Positions 53,644 to 64,000 of a stretch of DNA of 64,000 nucleotides are shown here, piece after piece (the stretch's first letter is position 1; every line of letters starts with the position of its first letter). Under the pieces are notes generated by a model. It worked only from the letters and a program-made list of their open reading frames with translations. It searched no databases and was not told the DNA's origin. Origin of the DNA: Callorhinchus milii (lineage: Eukaryota). The stretch is from positions 7,690,001 to 7,754,000 of the forward strand of contig NW_024704743.1 of assembly GCF_018977255.1 (NCBI RefSeq). The letters are read 5' to 3'. Both the position numbers and the translations under genes were made by a program.

Positions 53644-54682
53644 GTACCGTGGAACATAGCTTTTTGTGTCATTTTTGCAAATTATTCCTAACGGCACATT
53701 TTAACCATTGATGTGTGCGCTTTTTTTTACACATTGCTCATCACATCATTGTGACTTGGCAGATTGGACTCAGTTTCTCACTGATAGTTTTGACGTCTTT
53801 CATGGTAGAAAGATCCATCTCAAAAGAGCCTGACATACTAAATAAACTCATTGTACATTTTCACGTATTGCCATAATTTGCTTAGTTTTGGGTGTGCACG
53901 ACTAATCTTAACTTTGAACTCAAGACCAGAATAAATGTGGTTCCGTGATCACATTTGAACCTTTCATCAAAATCCCTCCATTTGTGTTTTTTTTGCTTAA
54001 TACCACACGACCACATGGTGCTGTTTGGTTGCCCAGCTAAAGCTAACATTCTGTTTTAATGTTGTTTATAGCAACTCTTTGATTATATAATTTGACATTC
54101 ATTCACTGCCAGATTAAAATGTGAATGTCTTAATTGAAAGATTAAACGTTTCCAATAATGCATTTTAGGGTTACAAATTGGAATTGGTCTTATCTGTTTG
54201 GTGAAGTGCTTTGAAAGGTGAAAAAAAAGCAGGGAAATGGGATTAAAAGATCTGCCACGATCCAATAAACCAGTGAAACAGACTTGAAGGGCTAACTGGC
54301 TTCTTCCCTTCATCTAATCAAGAAAAGCCCTGAAAGACTCTCATTGTTACCTTCTTCAATGCTCTTCTCCAGCCTTGTTGTGTGGTGTATTAAAAGGGAT
54401 AATTTACTGTATTCACAAATTAATTTGTAAATAATGAATCCTGTAAGTACCTGGTTATGCATCAGGCCCGAACCTCAGGAAGTCCCCTTGGGCGTTGTTA
54501 TTCTGCCATGTACCAGGAGTCCCAGATGGACACAATCCAACTTCTATCGAGAGGTTAGTTTTTTATATTTTGGTTTCGATAAGGTCAGAGCTCTCTACTT
54601 CAGGTAAATCTGCTGTTGTCTTAAATTGGCACCTGATCTTGAGGTCTACATTGAATGTTGTAGATCCTTCCTAGTCATCGAT

Positions 54683-55098
54683 GCCAACAACAACAACATC
54701 TTGCATTTATATAGATGGGGAAAGAAGGGACAAGGCAGAGGGATAGAGGAAGAGTGTTCCAGAGTTTTGGGGCGCAGTGACTGAAAGTTCTGCCGCCAAT
54801 GGTGGAACGGAGGGCATGAGGGACATGCAGAAGGCCAAGCCGGTCGAGCATGGGTTGTGGTTGGGGGTTGAGCAGGTTGGAGAGGTAGGGAGGTTCCGGG
54901 ACATCAAAGGATTTGAAAACAAGTGTGAGGATCTTGAAACCGATCCGTTCGTAGATAGGGAGCCAGTGGAACCTGGCTAGAACTGGTGTGATGGAGGTAC
55001 AGAGTTTAGTCCGAGTGAGTATGCGGGCGGCAGAGTTTTGGATCACCTGGATCCTGTGCATGATGGAGCTGGGGAGACTGGTAAAGAGGCCGTTTCAA
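54683..55098 (-). mobile_element. L2 LINE 3' fragment (part of it duplicated in inverted orientation at 55587-55738)
   Basis: IQVIQNSAARILTRTK...FHWLPIYERIGFKIL...APKLWNTL. Confidence 0.88.
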
Positions 55099-55738
55099 AA
55101 CTCACAACCTGTTCTTGTGAAGAGCTTTTCAAACTCAACAGTGTAGATCTTCACAGACCAGAAAATTCCCTAGACAGCAATGGCCTCCCTTAATGCTTCC
55201 ACAGAGAGATGTTAAATTCTTCTTGCTCAAACAACCACAAGCCTAAATACACTGTCTGTCTGGCAAGCTTCCTGCAGCTTGCCCAGCCCAGGCCGTCTTG
55301 CCAATCAGGGCTATAGTTTACATGATAGTTTACGTTAACAGGAGCTGAGCGGGAAGAATCCTTACTTCCAGTAACTGTCTGCCCCTCCTTATCCTGCCAA
55401 TGAGCCAGACTGACTGGTATGTCAACAGCAGTGCCCTGGAGTACTGCAGACCCGCCTCGTTTAGGAACCAGACTATCCAGATCACTGCAGAGGAAGGGAG
55501 GCCATTCCTGTCTAGGGAATTTTCTGGTCTGTGAAGATCTACACTGTTGAGTTTGAAAAGCTCTTCACAAGAACAGGTTGTGAGTTTTGAAACGGCCTCT
55601 TTACCAGTCTCCCCAGCTCCATCATGCACAGGATCCAGGTGATCCAAAACTCTGCCGCCCGCATACTCACTCGGACTAAACTCTGTACCTCCATCACACC
55701 AGTTCTAGCCAGGCTCCACTGGCTCCCTATCTCCGAAC
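54947..55738. repeat. Inverted duplication: arms 54947-55191 and 55494-55738 (245 bp, 3 mismatches by eye), 302-bp spacer
   Basis: Direct reverse-complement comparison; the ORF track also shows MHRIQVIQNSAARILTRTKLCTSITPVLAR on both strands. Confidence 0.95.
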
Positions 55739-56989
55739 CTGGCAAATTACCATGTGGACTGCTCAGCTCCAAAGAGACCCTGCTTACCTCTCCTTGCCTC
55801 CTGGGAAACCCGACTTATCTCTCTCTCCCCCACCCCCTCCAGGAGATCCCACTTACCTCCCCAAGGAAGATAAGGACAAATTGGTCATTTGACAACTCAC
55901 ATGTGCAGAGAGGGTTGGGGAAGGGAAAGATGATTGAAAATATGGCTATTCAGGTATGTTTTGAGACGTGCCTTGCCAAGAGGGGAAGGAGGGAGCAAGT
56001 CAGGGGGGGCTCTGAGATGGAATTCCAGAGAGTGGGAGCAGGGATAAGGTGTTTCACTGTATATTGCAGCCACTAATTTGCACACAGTGATATGCTACGA
56101 ACAGTCATGAAGTGAATGACCAATTTTATCTGGGGGATTGCTGTCCAGGACACCTTTTCGAGCAGTACCATGGGATCTTTAACCTGAACAGCCAGGTAGA
56201 ACCTTGATTGAACATCTCATTCGAAGGACATACATCGGATTCAAATATATGAAGATTAACCAAGTGTACACTCCTCCAAACAGGCACATGGAATATTGTA
56301 CCTTGCTCAAATTATGTGCTTTGCAAGAAGAGATGAAATTGTGCAAACCAAAAATTGTGCAAAACGGCCCTAGCTGGACGAATAAACTGTTTAAGTACGA
56401 ACTAATCTCAACAGCAACATAAAACGTACCACAAAGTTTTTTTTAAAAAAAAGTCCACATTGTTCCATCTGTGAAATTCAGGGTCATTAAGTAACAATGA
56501 GAAGAACTGTTTGCAGTGTGAACTAAAATGAGATTTGAACAGAATGGATGCCACCCATGATGCTAATCGTTTCTACAGAACTAACATCATGCCAAACAGC
56601 AAATAATGTGCACTTTGAGACTAGCATCCTGCTGTCTGGCCTGTTGCAGACATCTGCGTCTCTATTTGTGATGCTGAAATACTCCCCGGCTGATTCTAAA
56701 ATGTGTGAAATTATACATTTTTTGAAGAAATGTACAATTGAATATAGCTTGGGGGTCGGCCAGAGAAATCTTTCCTCTGTAAGTGTTTTTCTTGTGTTCT
56801 AAACATTTCCTGTCCTTTATCTGTCTTTTATTCTTCATCTCTTTGCCCCTTTTCTTTCTATTTTCCTTTTCTTCATTTATTTCTACTCTGGTCAACAAAA
56901 TTTGGCTGTTCTCCATGTCATTTTCTTTTCTATCAGCATTAAGTGTTAAAAGACCAGCGTGTCCTGGGGGAGAGGCACTCAATCCCCAC

Positions 56990-57820
56990 TTTGTCGGCAG
57001 TGATCCTCAAAGAATTATACAGCACAGAAGGAGGCCATTCAGCCCATCGTGCCTGTACCGCTTTTTTGAAAAAGCTACCCAATCATCCCACTCCCCAACT
57101 CTTTCCCCTTAGTCTTGCAATTTTTTTTCTTTTCAAGTAAATATCCAGTTCCCTTTTTTAAGTTATTATCGAATCTGCTTCCACCACCCTTTAAGGTAGT
57201 GCATTCCAGATCATAATACAACAACAACAACATTACATTTGTATAGCGCTTTTCACGTTGGGAGGACGTCCCAAGGCGATGGACAGACAGAATTACGGAC
57301 CTGAGCTGAAGGTTGGGGTGGGGGAGGGGGTGGCAGTGGGGAAGTAGGAAGATCGAAAGCACGGGTCAAAGAGGAAGGTCTTGATGTGGGTCTTGAAGGT
57401 GGTGAGGGAGGGGGCAAGACGGAGGGACTGCGGGATGGAGTTCCAGAGAGTGGGGACCGAGTGGCGGAAGGCCCACCCACCGATAGTGGGGCGAGCAAGG
57501 CGGAGGTCGTGAAGCAGGCCGGAGCCCGCTGAGCGGAGAGAGCGAACAGGGTGGTAGGGGTTTAGGAGGTTGGAGAGGTAATAATAATTACGTTAAAAAA
57601 AAACTCCTCTCCCTTTTATTCTTTTGTCCATCATCTTAAATCTGTGTTCTCTGGTTACCAAACCACCCGCTATTGAAAACAGTTTCTACTTGTTTATTCT
57701 ATCAAAACCCCTCAGAATTTTGAACTTTATTAATCTCCACTCAACCTTCTCTGCTCTAAGGAGAACAATCCCAGCTTCTCTAGTCTCGCCACATAACTGA
57801 AGTCCCTCATCTCTCATTAA
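56990..57820 (-). mobile_element. CR1-type LINE 3' portion interrupted by an L2 insertion
   Basis: ACAGCACAGAAGGAGGCCATTCAGCCC tail; CTCAACCTTCTCTGCTCTAAGGAGAACAATCCCAG (antisense LGLFSLEQRRL). Confidence 0.8.
57218..57580 (-). mobile_element. L2 LINE 3' fragment nested within a CR1 fragment
   Basis: (CAA)n tail and GCGCTTTTCACGTTGGGAGGACGTCCC; CR1-like sequence resumes on both sides. Confidence 0.82.
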
Positions 57821-58094
57821 GGCCATTTTCACAAGTTCTTGTTTCAGCTTCTGTCTTGCCCACATTCTTCAGATTGCTGTAAAAACAAACTCATGGAGAA
57901 GTTTTTTTTTGCTTTCAGACCCTTTGTCTGCCTCGACCTGTTTTTTTCAGTGTGAGTCAGTGCACAGTTGTTCCACATTACAGATGCTGTTCCACGTTAT
58001 AGGCTGCCAAATTCTCTTAAGCACTGTGATGGGTTTTTGCACGAGTCAGACACCTGGCTGTCCAAAAATAAAAGCAAGTAGTGACAGCGTAAAA

Positions 58095-58311
58095 CAGGGT
58101 GGTCCAACTGGCAGGCCACATCTGGTCAGTGGGCTGATTTCATCTGGCCCCTTCCTTCCATTTCTGTTTGGCCCACTCCCTCCCTCCAGAACCCCTAAAT
58201 GTTATGTTATGTTTCTGGAATGGAAACACAAAAAATATTGCTTTCATGGCTCTCAGACATTTCTCAAATAGGGCATCCGGCCCTCAGCAGCCAAAAGGTT
58301 GGACCAACATA
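58095..58311. mobile_element. Non-autonomous hAT-like DNA transposon (MITE); partial second copy at about 27480-27630
   Basis: TIR CAGGGTGGTCCAAC...GTTGGACCAAC; internal ATGTTATGTTTCTG...AAAAATATTGCT...TTTCTCAAATAGGGCAT shared with 27.5 kb, which ends GTTGGACCACCCTC; no clear TSD. Confidence 0.6.
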
Positions 58312-60876
58312 GAACTATAGAAGATTCCAACCTAGAGTTTGTTCAGAGGTTTGTTATTACTTGCTACTCACCTGGCCTCCAAATAGCACAGACCCTTTAT
58401 GTTGCAGTTCAGTCTAGTGATGCAATTTAGCAACACATACACATTGTGCGTTGAATTTTTGGTTTCAGGATGTTTAACGGCCATTATTTAATTACTTGCT
58501 TCCAACTTATGGAGCAGGAGGTAATTATAATAGTTTCGGAAAGTATTAGTGTAGATCAATGAAAACCAAGATTTGGGGATCCCAAAGTGTGTGTTGGACA
58601 ACAGCTGGAGTCTAACCAGCTAATAATTGGATTAGGTGGGCACAGAGGCTATTTATGAGAAAGGTGAAGCTGTTTGCCTGCCTGTCTGCTTTTAAAACCT
58701 ATCATTTCTACAGGTTTTATTGCACAGGGGTGTGGTAGCATAAATTTGTGTCCTTGGCCAGAAATCAAACTCTGATCTGTGATCGGGACCAAAGGTGTGT
58801 GCCTTCCTGCGGTTAAAGCTGAATTGCCCTTGATATAGAATTGTTAGTTGCACTAGCAATACAGTATCCAGGGGGAGCAGTTGGTTGGTTGTGGCTATGG
58901 GTGTGGGTGTTTGTGTGCTTTGCCCAGTGACTATTGCAGAAAGTTTTCTAATCATTTGGCATCGGGGAAGCCTTTCTGTAACAAAATAATTCCTAGAAGC
59001 CACTGCAAACAATGATTTTCTAACTGAAATCTCATCACCATTGAGTGATATTAAAGAATGGCTTTACTGAAGCGTAAAAGGACAGCTTTCGTATGGTTCA
59101 GAAGTTTCTAACAGATGGAACCAGGAACTACAGCTGCCACAGTGTGCAAGGTGCACTAATCTCTGTAAAGCTAAGGTGAACCTGGCCTGGATATCAGTGA
59201 CTCAGGCTCTGACATTAGTTTTGTACTTGATGACTCAGTGTTGTATGTTGCCATGCCAATGAGCAGCAGGATGTGGATTACGTGCTTGAAAAGCTTTGAG
59301 CAGATGGATAAGGCGGCAGAGGCCTGAAGATCGATCACCTGCCCATATGTAAAGACAGCTGTGGGCAAGACAGGAGTGGAGGGCACTAAGGGGAGGGAAG
59401 AGAGAAAGCGAAACAGTGCAGAGCAACTTCAAATGTTTCCTCCTTTACAAATTGACTGAACGGAAGTCAGAATCTTGTGAACCTATTGCTCCAAAGATTT
59501 GTTTAGATCAGTATTTATTTATAAAGTGGAGGTGGATTTGAATTGTAAGAAAATGTTAAGTTTGGCTGGGAACTATGGTTTCAACTGATGCAGTTATCTC
59601 TGGTCTTTCCAAACCCTGGTCGGTTGGAAGCAATGACTAGTAGAGAAATGCATACAAGCTACAGTTGTACTCCTCAGCGTGAGGTTGTCAGTTTAACACG
59701 CTGAGTAAAGAAAACTCCTAAAGGTCAGTTTGCTTTCATGCCCAACAAGTGCACAAACAATGGGTGTGTATTGTTAAATGCTTTAAAGAATGTTGAAAGA
59801 ATGAAGATTAGTGTGCCAGAGCGCGATATAGAATAAAGTGCAGTAGTAGAAGTGCCTAAGCAATATGGTGTTGCCGTGTAATGTAGTGAGTCCGAAGAGA
59901 TCCTACATTTGATTTTTGTACCTTCGCAATTCGTCAATGTCTCAAACCACTTCTCAGGAAATACTGTAAACCCGGCAGCCAATTTAAGCACATCACTTCT
60001 CAGGAAATACTGTAAACGCAAACAGCCATGAAAAGTATAAGCAATTTTATCCGGAGAATTGTCAGCCAGGACATCAGGAGCAACTCCTGTCTCTTAAAAA
60101 TGGTTCCCTGAGATCTTGAACGTCCACCTGAACAGGGCCTCAGTTTAACATCTCATCTGAAGGATGGAAAGCAGGAAAAGAAAGTAGCTCTAAAGATTTT
60201 AAGGCACATAAAATCAGAAGTACAATTCTTAAACTGGATTTGATAATATTGTTTCAAAATCCTTTTGTAATAAGGTTAACTTCCGTCTCCCGTGGTCATC
60301 TGAGGTCAGGTAGTTTTGCAGACAACAGTAACCTGGAATTGATCCTAGCAAGAAAGAATCGCGGCAACTTCAGAACTTTTAATGCAGTGTTGCCATTTTA
60401 TTAGATTTTACACTGGTGCTTTCTGTCATTGCAAACGTTTGCATGCAAAGTTAACCGTTGTTGACCGAGTTAGTATTACTGGGGCGTGTACTATTAAAGG
60501 GAAATGTTATGAGTCCCCATTGACACCCAGGTAAAACTACTATGAGGCTTTTGGTGATCCACCAGCCACCGTGGTCAGATGAGTGACCTGTCCTTGTTGC
60601 TGTGATATCCGCATCCTGCCTGTTACGCCAACTAATTGTTTAAAACTTTACTGCCTTTTTTTTGTGAAGTGAACACAGATTTGAGTTTCGAGAAAAGGTT
60701 GAGTATTCAGTAGTTGAGCTGCCTGGGTGCCACTTTCTATTATGTCTTTGGGGGAGTGAGTGGGGGTGGGGGGGTGGGGTAGGGGCGGGGGGCAGAGGGA
60801 GAGAAAAAAAAATGAGCTGTGAATAAAGTTTTGTGCTTTTTGTTATAAATGAGTGGTTTCCTCCTTTTCTCTCAAG

Positions 60877-61767
60877 AGTAAAAGTTAGAGAAAGAATGTT
60901 GAAAGTGGATACACTTCGGAGAAGCCCTGAAATAGTCAAAGACCTGACCCCTGGACGATCTCATTATATCTCTGGCCAGTCGGAACCTCCAACTGCTGAG
61001 AGAGTTGGTAAGTCCAGTGCAGTCCACCAGCCAGTCTTTATCCAGCCATCTGATCCAGCTGCCTGTGCCAAGGCAATAACAAAAGAGCCCAAAAGCAGCC
61101 TGGTTAGTAATTGTGTTCCAGGCAGTATGAACCTTTCGACAAAAGCTGAGGAGGCGAGCGAGACCACGTTTGGAGGAAGAGCTGTTTACAGTCCTGATTC
61201 GAAGCTGGCTGAATCTGGCAGAGCTAAGAACTTACTGAAGAGCCGTAAGGCAGTCTTGCCATCTCAAGTTCGGAAGCAGGAAAAGAGCCTCGAAGAACAT
61301 TTCTCAGACAAGCGATCATTGCGTTCCCACCTGGGCAAAGCAGGTGAAGGTGAGGGGGCACTTTTACAAACGCTTCCCGTCTACAAAGCGAGGGTCCCTG
61401 TGCAGGAGCACTCCAAACAACTCAAATCTCATTTCCAGTCTGATGTGAGCAGGTACAAACCTGTGAATACTAACCAAAGGAGTGAGACAGTCCTGTTTAT
61501 TCAGAAAGATCCTGGGGTACATACCCACACTGACCCTGGGAGAGGAAGAGATCAAACCAGTGAAGCATGTGTTGAACAGCACAAACCGAAAGCATCTGAG
61601 CGTTTCGAAGCACCAAAGGGGGAAATCCTAAAGAGGGGAGAGTTAGACCAGCGCATCGATGTGGATGAGTTTGATGGAGATCCTGGAGCAGTCGACACGA
61701 GAGTGTCTGTTGCTAAACTTCGAAGCGTTTACCTGGAGACGGCCAATGGCAGCAGAAGCCAGGAGCT
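60877..61767 (+). CDS. SVIL: Supervillin large symmetric exon, archvillin-type insert (RVKVRERMLK...RSETVLFIQ...DTRVSVAKLRSVYLETANGSRSQEL)
   Basis: Lies within the 312-aa ORF; motifs RVKVRE, RSETVLFIQ and DTRVSVAKLRS match human RVKVREK, RSEMVLYIQ and DTKVSVAQLRS; acceptor ccttttctctcaAG at 60875-60876, donor GTaggt at 61768; 891 nt, phase 2-2. Confidence 0.93.
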
Positions 61768-62104
61768 GTAGGTGGTACTTTGAATGCTGACTTTTTCACT
61801 CGACTTTTGGGCAGTTGCACTGACATGTCAGTTTAGACGGAAATCGAAGCTGCAAGACACTTAAGCTTCAGCTCGCAGGCTTTTATAGCGAATAGTCGTC
61901 TGAAAAATTAATACTGCCATTTGCTTCTTGCTGGCCTGTGCAAGTTGTGGTGCTGTGTGGTTGCTACATTTGCTGACTACCATGCATGGTATAAAGCATG
62001 TGGTGTGATGTCTTTTGAGGAATTATTTCTGTCGGGGTCTTTTATAATTTTCTTCCTTTCTCTCCCTCTATGCTATGCACTTTCTTTCTTTCTTCCGCTA
62101 AAAG

Positions 62105-62275
62105 TGAAGCTAATGTTGACTTGGTGACATCGGGTCTTGATTTGGCTGCACCCGCTGAGAAGGAGAAAGTCCACCGTAGGCCAAAACGTTACATTTCCTT
62201 TGGTGAGAATAGGAAGACTTCTGAGAGGTTTAGAACGCAACCTATAACCATAGCAGAACGACAGGAGACCAATAG
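62105..62275 (+). CDS. SVIL: Supervillin symmetric exon (EANVDLVTSG...RRPKRYISFGENRKTSERFRTQPITIAERQETNR)
   Basis: RKTSERFRTQPIT is identical to human SVIL; long polypyrimidine tract followed by aaAG at 62103-62104; donor AG/GTacg at 62276; 171 nt, phase 2-2 (5' boundary inferred from phase). Confidence 0.92.
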
Positions 62276-63044
62276 GTACGCTCTGGTGTGTGCACAAAAA
62301 NTAACCTTTACTGCCGCGGTGTGCAATAACACATGTTTGAGAGTTCCTGCAACCTTCTGAAGAAATCCCATGGGGTTGGCTCTTGTGGGGTAGAGACTAT
62401 GAAGCACGCGTTTTATGCACTTGACTTCTTGACCTCATTCCACAACTCTGGCTGTTAATTCTGAGATAGCCGAGAAAATTGGCTGAGGTAAGAGGTGGGG
62501 GAAGGTATGTGTGCAAAACTTGGTCTCGGCCCCAGTTGGAGAAAACCTCTGAATGTTTTTTCTAACTTTATACTCCTTTAAATTATTGTGCATCATTAAA
62601 CTATGGTGAAATGGAAATCCATAATTCTTGCATGCCGGTAAAGAAAATATTTAACAAAGTCCACCGATTCTGAGGTTTTTTGTTCTGCAATACGTAGACC
62701 TTGTGGCATTCAAGCAAATTGCCCAAAATTGCATTTGGACTACGTGAAGTTTAACATAATGGCAATAAACTGGAAAACGATTAGAGGGAATGTGCTCTGT
62801 AGATGTATTGCATGGAAACTCCACAGCAAAATGGTAACACTGAAGTAGTTAAGTGCTTCAAAAAAAAGTGGAAAACAACCTTAAGGTCTTGGCAGTTTTG
62901 CTCTTTAAATAACTTCATCCATAAACCGCAGGCTTGCATTGTGATGTTTTTCATTGCTCTGGAATGCTGTTCCTATGTTGTATCTTTGGGTGATGAGATG
63001 GGGGCAATTTTCATGGAACTAATTTTCCAATTTTTGTTTTCTAG

Positions 63045-63079
63045 GTCAGGGCTGGACTCACAGATAGTGGCTGCTGAAG
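63045..63079 (+). CDS. SVIL: Supervillin 35-nt exon (RSGLDSQIVAAE), probable GC donor
   Basis: Strong acceptor tttttgttttctAG at 63043-63044; in frame with the previous exon; ends GAAG/GCAAGT; size and phase fit the short human exon preceding DEEKVDERAK. Confidence 0.72.
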
Positions 63080-63404
63080 GCAAGTATTGTCTCCTTGTTC
63101 TTATTCACTTTATGTATCTTGGCATTGAAAGCCAGCAACGTTTACCTGGCTTTTGATTGTTAAATAATGGAGAACTTTGAAAGGCTACAAGGTACACAAG
63201 GCTGTGTATATATAAAGTATATAGACAGATGTAGACCACCGTTTTTGTGCAAACGTGTTGGAGATTGAAACCACCTATTCATGTTGGAGGGGACTCATTC
63301 ACCCCAATTGGCAGATAATCAAGGGATATTTAAAACTGTTAGCACTCTTTCAAATAATAACTGCAAGAATACCATTTCCTAAATATGGATTATTGTAAGA
63401 CAAC

Positions 63405-63505
63405 ATAATAATAAGAATCCTTGTATTTGATATAGCACCTCATCACGTCTTCGAGACGTCTCAAAGCGCTTCACAGAATAGACTGTAAAGTGAATTGACT
63501 GTTGA
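63405..63505 (-). mobile_element. SINE 3' tail fragment
   Basis: AATCCTTGTATTTGATATAGCACC...CTCAAAGCGCTTCACAGAATA. Confidence 0.8.
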
Positions 63506-64000
63506 AAAGTGAATTGAAAATGCAGTTGAAGAGATGGATCTAAAGGTGGAGTTAGACCACATCACAGAAATGTATTTCCGAAATGGCAATTTTAAGTAAA
63601 TTGCACCTCACCATTCAATTTCAGAAATGATACACTTAGAGGCTTTGATGCACAGTATAAGCATACATTGAAACCTGTGCTTCTATACAGCACAAAAAAA
63701 ACTATTTCATGTCAGTAGCCTGGTCTCTCTTCTTTTTCACCTTTAAATGCATCTTACATAGTGATTTTTGTGCAGGACCGTGATTTCATTGCTTGTAGGC
63801 ATTTAAAATATTATGTCACTAAATGTTTAAGCCGCCACTACTGAAATCAAACATTGTATTTACAATATTAATAATATCTCGGGAATGTTTTCTTGATCTT
63901 TGTTCAGTGATCTTGTGAAAAATCTAGCGAATTGGATGCGGACTAAAAATTATTGTATGTCAGTTTTACAAAAAACACGTTAGCACCATTCAAAATCATG

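Noticed and set aside
59176..59330. Open stretch GEPGLDISDSGSDISFVLDD... with two TGACTCA sites (59198, 59231) as a possible extra exon or enhancer
   Set aside because: Ends in an in-frame stop, has no supervillin similarity I recognise and no clear splice pair; two AP-1 matches alone are weak
28530..60018. Small tandem duplications (28530-28562, 30418-30447, 40133-40161, 59948-60018)
   Set aside because: Ordinary two-copy slippage duplications; no spacer-repeat array, so not CRISPR-like
47232..62301. Single N bases at 47232 and 62301
   Set aside because: Assembly ambiguities next to homopolymer runs, both intronic

Overview
Vertebrate genomic DNA, repeat-rich and AT-rich. The SINE/LINE content (Deu-domain tRNA-derived SINEs ending in AAATGCAAGGATTATTATT, plus L2 and CR1 LINE fragments) suggests a cartilaginous fish, probably a chimaera or elephant shark; this is inferred, not proven. 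The window holds the 5' half of a supervillin (SVIL) gene on the + strand. Seven coding exons join in frame (45034-45041, 45290-45441, 48482-49136, 53560-53643, 60877-61767, 62105-62275, 63045-63079; 1996 nt, about 665 aa), and the gene continues past the window end. Three of these are symmetric phase 2-2 exons matching the muscle (archvillin) inserts, and the last exon appears to use a GC donor. The first 45 kb is 5' intronic/UTR sequence with many retroposon fragments. The most interesting observations are: (1) a candidate alternative first coding exon at 25094-25151 (TATA, Kozak ATG, GTAAGT donor) that splices in frame and would add 36 aa, including a VSELRKLFE motif, upstream of the canonical start Met; (2) a young 245-bp inverted duplication inside the alternatively spliced region; (3) a nested hairpin element at 40.5 kb; (4) an unclassified repeat family of about 500 bp with around 7 copies. 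Most ORFs in the supplied track are spurious or repeat-derived. No prokaryotic-type system is present. Repeat boundaries are approximate (read by eye).
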